DNA of 54,459 bases from Anaerolineales bacterium (GTDB lineage Bacteria; Chloroflexota; Anaerolineae; Anaerolineales; Villigracilaceae): positions 1 to 54,459 of the forward strand of contig JAWOIR010000100.1 in NCBI GenBank assembly GCA_046484545.1, written 5' to 3'. How positions within the stretch are numbered: position 1 is the stretch's first letter; every line of letters starts with the position of its first letter. Below are positions 35,504 to 43,859 of this stretch, piece by piece. The notes under the pieces are model-generated. The model was not told the origin of the DNA. It saw nothing but the letters and a program-made list of their open reading frames with translations, and searched no databases. Made by a program: the position numbers and the translations under genes.

Positions 35504-38188
35504 ATGCCCGCGCTGATTCTCGCCACCAAACTCTACCTTCCGCCGCCCCGACCGGGCCTGGTCTCACGCCCTCACTTGGTTGCGCACCTGAACGAAGGCC
35601 TGGCATTGGGCCACAAACTGTCACTCATCTCTGCTTCGGCGGGCTTTGGCAAAACGACCCTTCTCAGCGAATGGATTTCCCTATTCAACCATTTGCACCC
35701 CCGCGTTGCCTGGCTTTCTCTCGACGAAACCGACAGCGATCCTCTCCGCTTCCTGGGCTACCTGATCGCGGCTTTGCAAACCGTTCAGCCTGAATTGGGT
35801 CAACCTGTGCAGGCCGCCCTGCAAACACCCCAGCCGCCGTCTTCCGAAAGCCTGCTGACGGACCTGCTCAACGAAATCGCCATATACCCCGAACGCTTGG
35901 CGCTTGTCCTTGACGACTACCACACCCTCGATTCGCCGGAAATCGACGCCAACCTGGCTTTCGTGCTTGACCATCTGCCGCCGCAACTGCATCTCGTTAT
36001 CGCCAGCCGCGAGGACCCCAATTTGCCCCTGTCCCGCCTGCGCGCCCGCGATCTGCTCACCGAGCTACGCGCCCCCGATCTGCGTTTCACTCCTGCCGAG
36101 GCCGCCGACTTTCTCAACCGCGTGATGGGATTGGATCTCTCCGCGAAGGATGTGACCGCACTCGAAGCCCGCACCGAAGGCTGGATTGCCGGGTTGCAAC
36201 TGGCAGCGCTTTCCATGCAGAGACAAAAAGATACGGCCGCCTTCATCCAGTCCTTCACCGGCAGTCACCATTTCGTGTTGGATTACCTGCTGGAAGAAGT
36301 CCTCCAACGGCAACCGCAAAAAGTCCAGGCTTTCCTGCTGCACACTTCAATTTTGAGACGACTCACCGGCTCACTGTGTGAGGCAACATTAGACCTTTCG
36401 CCCGGCGCCGGGCAAGCCACCCTGGAACAGCTTGAGCGTGCCAACTTGTTTCTCGTTCCGCTCGACAACGAACGGCGCTGGTATCGCTACCACCACCTGT
36501 TTGGTGACCTGCTTCGTCAGCGGCTCGCAAACCCTCCAGAGTTCCCCACTTTCCATTTGCGCGCCAGCCAGTGGTACGAGGAAAACGGCGACCTGGCCGA
36601 GGCCTTCCAGCATGCCCATGCCGCCGGGGATTTTGAGCGCGCCGCGCGCCTGTCCGAACTTGCCTGGCCGGGCATGGAGGCGACCTTCCAATCGGTAGCC
36701 TGGCTCGGTTGGGTGAAAAAACTCCCCGATACGGCGATTCTCTCGCGTCCCTTGATATGCTGCCAACTTGGCCGCGCATTTTCAGACGCCGGTCAGCCAG
36801 AAATCAGTGAAGCCCATCTAAAAAACGCCGAACGCGCCCTGGCCGCAGCGCCCAACCAGGCCGTTTTTACGCCCTTGCCGGGGGATATTGCCCTGACCCG
36901 TGCCTATAACGCCCAGGTGCGCGGGGACATCGCGGGAACGATTTACCATGCCGAACAAGCCGTGCGGCTTATCCCGGTCGAGGATGTTTTGCGCCGCGCC
37001 CAGGCCGTCATCATGCTCGAATTCACCCATTGGGCCAGCGGCGACCTGGAAGCCTCCCTGCGCGCCATCCAAACCTGGATGGACGATATGCGAAAATTGG
37101 GCAACCCGGTCTTTGAAGTTGCCAGCGCCTTTGCCAAAGCCGATTTGCTGGTAGCGTTGGGACGGTTGCGCGAAGCCATAACGACTTATCAGCAGGCGCT
37201 GCAACGCACCGCTGAAAGCGGTCCCGAAGCCGAACAAATCACCGCGCATCACCATTTGGGCCTGGCCCTGATTGATCACGAACTGGGACAGGATGAATCT
37301 GCCGCCCGGTCCCTACAAACTGCCGCCGAACTCGGCCAGCACACCCCCCTGGTGGATTGGCCGCACCGCTGGAGATTGGCCCAGGCCTGCTTAAAAGAAT
37401 CCGCTGGAGAGTGGGATGACGCCCTGGAACTGCTCGATGACGCCCGGCGGGTTTACGTCAAAAACCCGGTCCCGATTACTCGCCCGGTCGAGGCCAGGCA
37501 GGCGCGGGTCTACATCAAACAGGGACGGCTGGACAAAGCCGAGGCCTGGGCGCGGGAGCGGGGCCTTTCTCTGGATGATGAAGCCGCCTACCTGGCCGAG
37601 TACGAACTGCTTACCCTGGCCCGCCTGCGGCTGGATCATCCGCGGGCCCTCGATTTGCTGGAACGTCTGCTGGCCCTGGCGGAATCGCAGAACCGGATGG
37701 GCAGCGTCCTTGAAATCCTGCTGACCCAGGCGCTTGCGTACCGGGCACAGGGCAACCACCCCCAGACTCTGACTGCCCTGGGACGCGCCCTAACCCTGGC
37801 CGCACCACAAGGCTACCTGAGGACTTTTATAGACGAAGGCGAACAAATGCGATTGTTGATTGTAGATTTTCGATTGAAGATTGCGAACAGCACTCACCCT
37901 TTGTTTGGATATGTCAACAAACTCCTGGAGACTTTCCTGCCGGCGGCAGAAGTCATTGCCCAATCTAATATCGTAAATCTAAAATCTGAAATTTTCGAGC
38001 CTTTGACCGAGCGTGAGATGGAAGTGTTGCGCCTCGTTGCCCAGGGGCTTTCCAACACCGAAATCAGCCAGTGGCTCTATCTGGCACTCAGCACCGTCAA
38101 GGGCCATAACCGGCGCATTTTTGACAAACTGCAAGCCCGAAACCGTACCGAAGCCGTCGCCCGCGCCCGCGAGTTGGGCTTGCTCTAA
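35504..38188 (+). CDS. MalT/LuxR-type STAND transcriptional regulator (ATPase + TPR-like + LuxR HTH)
   Basis: N-terminus MPALILATKLYLPPPRPGLVSRPHL, P-loop SASAGFGKTTLL, and C-terminal LTEREMEVLRLVAQGLSNTEISQWLYLALSTVKGHNRRIFDKL. TATAAT at 35492-35497 ends only 6 nt before the ATG, so the mRNA may be leaderless. Confidence 0.8.
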   Translation: MPALILATKLYLPPPRPGLVSRPHLVAHLNEGLALGHKLSLISASAGFGKTTLLSEWISLFNHLHPRVAWLSLDETDSDPLRFLGYLIAALQTVQPELGQPVQAALQTPQPPSSESLLTDLLNEIAIYPERLALVLDDYHTLDSPEIDANLAFVLDHLPPQLHLVIASREDPNLPLSRLRARDLLTELRAPDLRFTPAEAADFLNRVMGLDLSAKDVTALEARTEGWIAGLQLAALSMQRQKDTAAFIQSFTGSHHFVLDYLLEEVLQRQPQKVQAFLLHTSILRRLTGSLCEATLDLSPGAGQATLEQLERANLFLVPLDNERRWYRYHHLFGDLLRQRLANPPEFPTFHLRASQWYEENGDLAEAFQHAHAAGDFERAARLSELAWPGMEATFQSVAWLGWVKKLPDTAILSRPLICCQLGRAFSDAGQPEISEAHLKNAERALAAAPNQAVFTPLPGDIALTRAYNAQVRGDIAGTIYHAEQAVRLIPVEDVLRRAQAVIMLEFTHWASGDLEASLRAIQTWMDDMRKLGNPVFEVASAFAKADLLVALGRLREAITTYQQALQRTAESGPEAEQITAHHHLGLALIDHELGQDESAARSLQTAAELGQHTPLVDWPHRWRLAQACLKESAGEWDDALELLDDARRVYVKNPVPITRPVEARQARVYIKQGRLDKAEAWARERGLSLDDEAAYLAEYELLTLARLRLDHPRALDLLERLLALAESQNRMGSVLEILLTQALAYRAQGNHPQTLTALGRALTLAAPQGYLRTFIDEGEQMRLLIVDFRLKIANSTHPLFGYVNKLLETFLPAAEVIAQSNIVNLKSEIFEPLTEREMEVLRLVAQGLSNTEISQWLYLALSTVKGHNRRIFDKLQARNRTEAVARARELGLL

Positions 38189-38259
38189 TCCCCAAACAGT
38201 ACTCTTGATCAATACTTAAGTCGCTACTGGTAATACCGCTTTACCGGTATAGTTGGCGC

Positions 38260-38514
38260 ATGTCAAGCAACCAGAATCAGCGCATGACCCAACTACCCGC
38301 CAGCCCCCGCTACTACGAAATCCGCCTGGAAGGCCGCCTGCCCGAACGCTGGAGCAGTTGGTTCGATGGCCTGTCCATCTCCTGGCAGGCTGGCGAGACC
38401 CTGCTCCGCGGCCCCATGGCTGACCAGGCGGCGCTCTATGGCCTGCTCAAAAAAGTGCGCGATACGGGCTTGATTTTGGTCGCAGTCAATCAAATTTGTA
38501 CAAAACAGGAGTAA
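38260..38514 (+). CDS. Small hypothetical protein
   Basis: 84-aa ORF between the LuxR-type regulator and the first MDR gene. No motif recognised. Confidence 0.4.
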   Translation: MSSNQNQRMTQLPASPRYYEIRLEGRLPERWSSWFDGLSISWQAGETLLRGPMADQAALYGLLKKVRDTGLILVAVNQICTKQE

Positions 38515-38519
38515 CCCTC

Positions 38520-39473
38520 ATGAAATCAATCGTTCTCAATGCCTACGGTTCGCCCGCTGGCCTCAGCCTTAAAGAAATTGCCGAGCCAACGATCAAAGAA
38601 AACGAAGTGCTGGTGCGTGTTCACGCTGCCTCCCTCAATGCGGGCGACGTTTTTTCGCTGCGCGGCAGTCCGTGGCTTGTCCGCTTGAGCGTGGGTTTTC
38701 CCAGGCCCAAGGATTACATCCTTGGCTGGGACATGGCCGGGGTGGTCGAGGCGGTGGGCGCTCAGGTGACGCAGTTCAAACCTGGTGAAGATGTGTTTGC
38801 CTCGTGCAGCGGCTCACTGGCCGAATACGTCAGCGTGGACGAGGACAAACTGGCGCTCAAGCCCGCCAATCTCACCTTTGAGCAGGCCGCGGCAGTGCCG
38901 ACCGCCGCTATCACCGCCCTGATAGGCCTGCGGGACGCCGGTAAATTACGAGCAGGCCAAAAGGTGCTGATCAACGGTGCTTCGGGCGGCGTGGGCACGT
39001 TTGCCGTGCAGATTGCCAAAGCCCTCGGCGGCGAAGTGACCGGCGTGTGCAGTACGCGGAATGTGGAGCTGGTGCGCTCCTTGGGTGCCGATCACGTGAT
39101 TGACTACGTCCACGAAGATTTCACCGCCAACGGCCAGCGCTACGACCTGATCCTAGATAACGTCGCCAGCCGCTCATTTGCCGACCTGCGCCGCGCACTG
39201 ACCCCACAGGGCAAAATCATCCCGAATAGCGGGCATGGCGGCATGAGCTATGTCTTCAAAGCCTATTTGCTCTCGCTGATCATGCGCCAGCACGGCGGGA
39301 TGTACCTGGCCTTGCCGAGCGGAAAAGACCTGCTGGTTTTGAAGGAGTTGATCGAGACAGGAAAGCTCAAACCGGTGATTGACATAACCTTCCCGCTCAG
39401 CGAAACCCCCGCCGCCTTCCGCTACCTGGAAAAGGAACACGCCCGCGGCAAAGTGGTCATCACGATTGCATAA
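38520..39473 (+). CDS. MDR-superfamily NAD(P)-dependent oxidoreductase (quinone oxidoreductase-like), paralog 1
   Basis: ...VLVRVHAASLNAGD..., the cofactor motif VLINGASGGVGTFAVQIAK and ...ARGKVVITIA at the end. ATG 38520 follows CAGGAG. Confidence 0.75.
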   Translation: MKSIVLNAYGSPAGLSLKEIAEPTIKENEVLVRVHAASLNAGDVFSLRGSPWLVRLSVGFPRPKDYILGWDMAGVVEAVGAQVTQFKPGEDVFASCSGSLAEYVSVDEDKLALKPANLTFEQAAAVPTAAITALIGLRDAGKLRAGQKVLINGASGGVGTFAVQIAKALGGEVTGVCSTRNVELVRSLGADHVIDYVHEDFTANGQRYDLILDNVASRSFADLRRALTPQGKIIPNSGHGGMSYVFKAYLLSLIMRQHGGMYLALPSGKDLLVLKELIETGKLKPVIDITFPLSETPAAFRYLEKEHARGKVVITIA

Positions 39474-39676
39474 TGAGACAGCGATGGAAACGAAAAAATA
39501 TTCTTTCTGTGAGCTGGATCGTCGTGATGATGATTTATTTCCTGGTGGCTGGCTTTTTCATCCTGTTAAACCTGGTTGGCCTGCCCACTTACCCCTCGCT
39601 CTACGATAAATTCCTGCTGGTGGTCAGTATGGTGTTCAACGGGGTGACCATCGGGTATGCCGGGAACTGGATTTAG
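39473..39676 (+). CDS. Small two-TM membrane protein (hypothetical)
   Basis: 67-aa ORF whose start overlaps the MDR stop. It is followed by a strong terminator. Confidence 0.35.
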   Translation: MRQRWKRKNILSVSWIVVMMIYFLVAGFFILLNLVGLPTYPSLYDKFLLVVSMVFNGVTIGYAGNWI

Positions 39677-39702
39677 CCAGGCTGGTTTGTACGGTCATAA
39701 CC

Positions 39703-39736
39703 AACACGGCCATCCAAATGCGGCCGTGTTTTTTTG
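39703..39736 (+). terminator. Intrinsic terminator
   Basis: AACACGGCC (39703-39711) / GGCCGTGTT (39722-39730) followed by a T-run to 39736. Confidence 0.75.
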
Positions 39737-39781
39737 TATTTTTGGTTTAAAGATTGCTTCCCATAATAATGTACGCTGGAC

Positions 39782-39810
39782 TTGACTTAATGTAAAAAAT
39801 ATATTACTAT
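39782..39810 (+). promoter_or_regulatory. Sigma70-type promoter TTGACT-17-TACTAT
   Basis: TTGACT 39782-39787, 17-nt spacer, TACTAT 39805-39810, in a very AT-rich intergenic region. TACTATA is repeated at 39805 and 39826. Confidence 0.45.
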
Positions 39811-39863
39811 ATGTAAAGTATAAAATACTATAAGTAATTTATAACATACACCAGGAGAGTAAA

Positions 39864-40316
39864 ATGTCAAACCGTAAAAATGCCATCACCGTATCTTTGA
39901 TCAGCACCCTGCTGATTTTGGGGTATTACCTGATCAATATATTCCTGATGTACCAGAAGGGAGGTCTGAATTCAGAAGAAGTCTTTCGACTTTGGGCGAT
40001 TGTCGTCATTGCATCGATTGTTCTGAATATCGCTGGCAACATTCTCACCAATATTGTGCTCAATATTGTCCATGCCATCAAGACAAATTCGAAAGAAGAA
40101 GTGCGTTTACTCGAAGATGAGCGCGACAGGCTGATCGAGTTGAAGGGCGCCAGGGTTTCTTATATCGTGAGTTCGATTGGTGTTCTTCTTGCCATGCTTA
40201 GCTTTGTGCTTGGCCAACCTGCCCTGGTGATGTTCAGTTTGATCATTTTCTTTGCCCTGATTGCGGAAATCATTGGGGACCTCTCGCAGTTCTACTTTGA
40301 TCAAAAGGGGGCTTAA
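39864..40316 (+). CDS. 4-TM membrane protein (DUF2178-like partner of small XRE regulators)
   Basis: 150 aa, visibly AT-richer than neighbouring genes. It sits immediately upstream of a 74-aa XRE HTH gene, a commonly seen pair. Confidence 0.5.
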   Translation: MSNRKNAITVSLISTLLILGYYLINIFLMYQKGGLNSEEVFRLWAIVVIASIVLNIAGNILTNIVLNIVHAIKTNSKEEVRLLEDERDRLIELKGARVSYIVSSIGVLLAMLSFVLGQPALVMFSLIIFFALIAEIIGDLSQFYFDQKGA

Positions 40317-40318
40317 AT

Positions 40319-40543
40319 ATGGAAAAGCGCCAAGTCCGCAACAATATCCGTAAATTGCGCTTTTACCACGGCGAAATGACCCAGGAGCAACTGGCCGAAA
40401 AAGCCGGTGTCACGCGCCAGACCATCATCGCGATTGAAGGCGGCAAGTACGCCCCCTCGCTCGAACTGGCCTTCAAAATTGCCCTGGCTTTCGGCGTGCC
40501 AATCGGTGAAGTCTTTTCTTACGAAATTGAGGACGAACAATGA
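40319..40543 (+). CDS. XRE (Cro/CI) family HTH transcriptional regulator
   Basis: ...[57 protein letters not shown]... Confidence 0.8.
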   Translation: MEKRQVRNNIRKLRFYHGEMTQEQLAEKAGVTRQTIIAIEGGKYAPSLELAFKIALAFGVPIGEVFSYEIEDEQ

Positions 40544-41556
40544 AAGCAATTCTCTATACCCAATACGGCCCGCCCGAAGTGCTGCGCCTGATAGACCTCC
40601 CCAAACCGAACCCGCACCCGAACGAGGTGTTGGTCAAAGTCCACGCCACTACCGTTACGATTGGCGATACCATCATGCGCAGCTTGAACATCCCTGTTCC
40701 GGGTTGGCAGAAAATCATGGCGCGGCTGTACCTGGGCTGGAATAAGCCCAAACGCCCCATCCTGGGGATGGAATTGTCCGGGGAGGTCGAAGCGATTGGC
40801 CGAAACGTGACCCGTTTCCAGCCCGGCGATGCGGTCTTTGCATCCACCTTTGCCGTCAATTTCGGCGGCTATGCCGAATTCAAGTGCCTGCCCGAAAAAG
40901 GGGTGCTGGCGCTCAAACCGAACAATCTCACGTTCGGGGAGGCCGCCGCTGCTCCGGGCGCAGGGATGACGGCCCTGGCCTGCCTGAAAAAGGGCAAAAT
41001 CCAGCCGGGGCAGAAGGTGCTGGTTTATGGCGCATCCGGCGCGGTCGGGACGAACGCCGTCCAACTCACCAGCCGCCATTTCGGCGCGGATGTAACCGGG
41101 GTGTGCAGCACAGCCAATCTTGAACTGGTCCAATCGCTGGGGGCGGGTCAGATCATTGATTACACCCGCCAGGATTTCAGCCAAAACGGCCCAATCTACG
41201 ATGTCGTCTTTGACGCAGTGGGCAAACTCCCCCCAACTCTGGGCAAAAAAGCCCTCAAGCCGGGCGGCGTCTACATCAACGTCCATGTCGATTCAGATGG
41301 CGGTAACTCACTCGCCAACCTGATTTTGCTCAAAGAAATCATCGAGGCAGGCCATCTCAAACCGGCCATCGACCGGGTCTATCCCTTCGATCAGATTGTC
41401 GAGGCCCATCGCTATGTCGAACAGGGCCATAAAAAGGGGAATGTGGCCATCATAGTGGCTGACCACCCTGCCTCTTCTCGATCTCCCCATGTGGGAGTTG
41501 GTGAGAAAATCGGCGCTCGCGCCGAGAGCATAAAACCTAGAAAGGTTACACCATGA
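40540..41556 (+). CDS. MDR-superfamily NAD(P)-dependent oxidoreductase, paralog 2 (C-terminally extended)
   Basis: ...[14 protein letters not shown]..., [17 protein letters not shown], ...[11 protein letters not shown], then about 28 extra residues up to an ATGA overlap with the next gene. The ATG overlaps the XRE stop (ATGA). Confidence 0.75.
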   Translation: MKAILYTQYGPPEVLRLIDLPKPNPHPNEVLVKVHATTVTIGDTIMRSLNIPVPGWQKIMARLYLGWNKPKRPILGMELSGEVEAIGRNVTRFQPGDAVFASTFAVNFGGYAEFKCLPEKGVLALKPNNLTFGEAAAAPGAGMTALACLKKGKIQPGQKVLVYGASGAVGTNAVQLTSRHFGADVTGVCSTANLELVQSLGAGQIIDYTRQDFSQNGPIYDVVFDAVGKLPPTLGKKALKPGGVYINVHVDSDGGNSLANLILLKEIIEAGHLKPAIDRVYPFDQIVEAHRYVEQGHKKGNVAIIVADHPASSRSPHVGVGEKIGARAESIKPRKVTP

Positions 41557-42548
41557 AAGCTATCACCTTTATCAAATACGGTTCCCCCGATGTCCTGCAA
41601 CTGAAGGATATCCCTAAGCCTACCCCCAAAGAGAACGAAATCCTGGTGCGGGTGCGCGCCACGCCGGTCAACTACGGTGACCTGACGGCGCGGGATTTCG
41701 CCCACAGCCAGTTCAACATGCCCGCCCTGCTCTACCTGCCGGCGCGCCTGGCTTTCGGCTGGAGCAAGCCCAAAATCCAGGTTCTCGGCAGCGAACTGGC
41801 CGGAGACGTGGAGCTGGTTGGCAGCCGCGTGACCCAGTTCAAGCCCGGCGATGCGATTTTTGCTTACTTGGGCATGAATATGGGCGCAAATGCCGAATAT
41901 GTCTGCATCCCTGAAAGCGGCACTGTATCGCTGAAGCCTGCCAACTTAACCTACGAAGAAGCTGCCGTCCTGCCTTATGGCGCGGTAATGGCTGCCAGCC
42001 TGCTGCAAAAGGCCAATCTCAAACCGGGGCAAAAAATCCTTGTCAACGGTGCTTCCGGCGGCATCGGCGCGATGGCCGTCCAGCTTGCCAAACATCACTA
42101 TAGCGTAAATGTAACTGGTGTTTGCGGCACGGCGCGCCTGGAGTATGTCAAGGCTCTCGGTGCTGATAAAGTCATTGATTACACCCAACATGATTTCACC
42201 CAGAACGGCGAGACATACGATGTGATTTTCGACATCCTGGGGCGCAGTTCCTTTGTGCACTGCAAGAACTCGTTAAAACCGGATGGGATCCTGCTTTTTG
42301 CCAGCTTCAAAGGCCGCGCAATTCTAGATATGCTCTGGTCCGCGCCATTCAGCCGCAAAAAGGTCATCTGCGCCATGGCCGAAGAAAAAACTGCGAGCCT
42401 GCTGCTGGTTAAAGAACTGACCGAAGCCGGGAAAATCAAAGCGATCATCGATAAATGTTTCCCGCTTGAACAAACTGCTGAAGCGCACCGGTATATTGAA
42501 ACCGGGGGCCGGCAGGGCAATGTCGTTCTGGTCCTAGCAAAGGCATGA
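41553..42548 (+). CDS. MDR-superfamily NAD(P)-dependent oxidoreductase, paralog 3
   Basis: ...ILVRVRATPVNYGD..., ILVNGASGGIGAMAVQLAK, ...GRQGNVVLVLAKA. Confidence 0.75.
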   Translation: MKAITFIKYGSPDVLQLKDIPKPTPKENEILVRVRATPVNYGDLTARDFAHSQFNMPALLYLPARLAFGWSKPKIQVLGSELAGDVELVGSRVTQFKPGDAIFAYLGMNMGANAEYVCIPESGTVSLKPANLTYEEAAVLPYGAVMAASLLQKANLKPGQKILVNGASGGIGAMAVQLAKHHYSVNVTGVCGTARLEYVKALGADKVIDYTQHDFTQNGETYDVIFDILGRSSFVHCKNSLKPDGILLFASFKGRAILDMLWSAPFSRKKVICAMAEEKTASLLLVKELTEAGKIKAIIDKCFPLEQTAEAHRYIETGGRQGNVVLVLAKA

Positions 42549-42584
42549 ATGCCATGCTGCAAGCGTTATCACCCGTTGAAATCG

Positions 42585-43031
42585 CTAAAGGTTTTGGATG
42601 CCGTGCCAGGTATGGAAGAAGATGAACACTGCCGAGATCAATCCATACGGCCAGGCATTGCAAACCATGGCGATTCCCAAGAAAGGGATGAAGGGCGTTA
42701 GGCGCGGGGCCAGCAGCCCGGCCGCGCTTTGGCTCCAGGCTGAGGCAGGCGTTAACAGCAGCGGCAGCCAAGAGGCGAAGTAGATCAGTGTGCCCAATCC
42801 ATAAACTACCAGCCCAGTTTTGTTCCAGGTGCCTTTGAATTTCAATGGAAGAAACAGCGGTAGGGCAAAGACCAGGATACGGGTTATGTTTTCTGCCATG
42901 AGCAGCCATTGGGGGGAGTGTGCATCCGAGATGACCGCCTCCAGGTTCAGGTGCGAGCCGAGCGCCAAGTTCCAGACCAGCAGCGGCAGGAGCAGCAAAA
43001 AACCGTTAAGAAGGCGTAGCTCCAATTTCAT
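42585..43031 (-). CDS. 4-TM membrane protein (hypothetical); tail homologous to 6520-6647
   Basis: 148 aa. The C-terminus is PRLTPFIPFLGIAMVCNAWPYGLISAVFIFFHTWHGIQNL. Confidence 0.5.
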   Translation of the reverse strand: MKLELRLLNGFLLLLPLLVWNLALGSHLNLEAVISDAHSPQWLLMAENITRILVFALPLFLPLKFKGTWNKTGLVVYGLGTLIYFASWLPLLLTPASAWSQSAAGLLAPRLTPFIPFLGIAMVCNAWPYGLISAVFIFFHTWHGIQNL

Positions 43032-43212
43032 TTCGTTTTATCCAAGATTGCCAGGGTTTCCTGAACCAGTTATTGCAGCTCATCAAAGAATAAACTGTTC
43101 CAGTGAGCTGGTCCCGCCCGGGGCGGGCGGCTTTTCAAGAGGATAAAACCCCGCCAGGATGAACCGGACAAGCAGATAATCAAAATAGCCGGCTTCTACT
43201 TACGCAGACCAT

Positions 43213-43353
43213 TCATCTGGCTGGCCTCGACTTAAGCCGTACCTCGCGGATTATACCCCACGCTGCCCAGCCTAGGGCAATCAGCAGCAGGACGCCTGTG
43301 CTCAGCGGGATTTTCGCCAGCAGGGGAATGCGCAAGGTCGGCTTGAAATCCAT
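43213..43353 (-). CDS. Possible 46-aa single-TM peptide
   Basis: MDFKPTLRIPLLAKIPLSTGVLLLIALGWAAWGIIREVRLKSRPAR, preceded by AAAGGAAGG 6 nt upstream. Below the ORF-track cutoff and supported only by the SD and hydrophobic core. Confidence 0.3.
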   Translation of the reverse strand: MDFKPTLRIPLLAKIPLSTGVLLLIALGWAAWGIIREVRLKSRPAR

Positions 43354-43498
43354 CTCTGGCCTTCCTTTGGGATGTCAAATTGCTAGGCTAGGTGTGCGGA
43401 CGCAGGCGCTTTATGGAAGAAGTGTTAGCCTACTCATTGAATGACAAGTTGATTGCTGAAGTACTCGACATGACGGCTCAACGTTTACCATCTACGAG

Positions 43499-43855
43499 GT
43501 GAACGCAACGAAATCATTACACACATTGTCATTGCTGAATCTTCACGATAACTGGGAATGGGCTGTTCGCGAAGAGAGCAAGAAGCTGGTGAGGACTATG
43601 ATCCAGGAAGTAGGGTGCGATGTGGGATCAAAACGCATAGTGTGGGTGAAGGTCAATCCGGACTACGAAATTCTTTTCAGGCTGATGGATGGACTGCAAT
43701 CCGACGCTGGACTACGCTACTGGATCCGAGAACATGGAGCAGAAGTGGACATTGTTGACATAAGGGAAGATATGGCGCAGATAGCGACAGAAGTCAAAAT
43801 CTTACACCCGATGGCCCACAATTTCTTGACAGAGACTGTGGAGCAAGTAAAATAG
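43499..43855 (+). CDS. Hypothetical 118-aa protein; 3' end carries the promoter of ncRNA copy 2
   Basis: ORF with a GTG start and no motif recognised. Its last roughly 45 nt are homologous to the non-coding sequence upstream of ncRNA copy 3. Confidence 0.4.
   Translation: MNATKSLHTLSLLNLHDNWEWAVREESKKLVRTMIQEVGCDVGSKRIVWVKVNPDYEILFRLMDGLQSDAGLRYWIREHGAEVDIVDIREDMAQIATEVKILHPMAHNFLTETVEQVK
43826..43853 (+). promoter_or_regulatory. Sigma70-type promoter TTGACA-16-TAAAAT of ncRNA copy 2
   Basis: TTGACA 43826-43831 and TAAAAT 43848-43853. The same hexamers with the same spacing recur at 50611-50638 before copy 3. Confidence 0.65.
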
Positions 43856-43859
43856 GAAT

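Noticed and set aside
43114-43135. GC-rich hairpin CCGCCCG-GGG-CGGGCGG followed by CTTTT, and ORF 42820-43146 (+)
   Set aside because: The hairpin looks like a + strand terminator, but there is no credible + strand gene ending there. The 108-aa ORF is antisense to 42585-43031. The T-tract is short. I left it unannotated.
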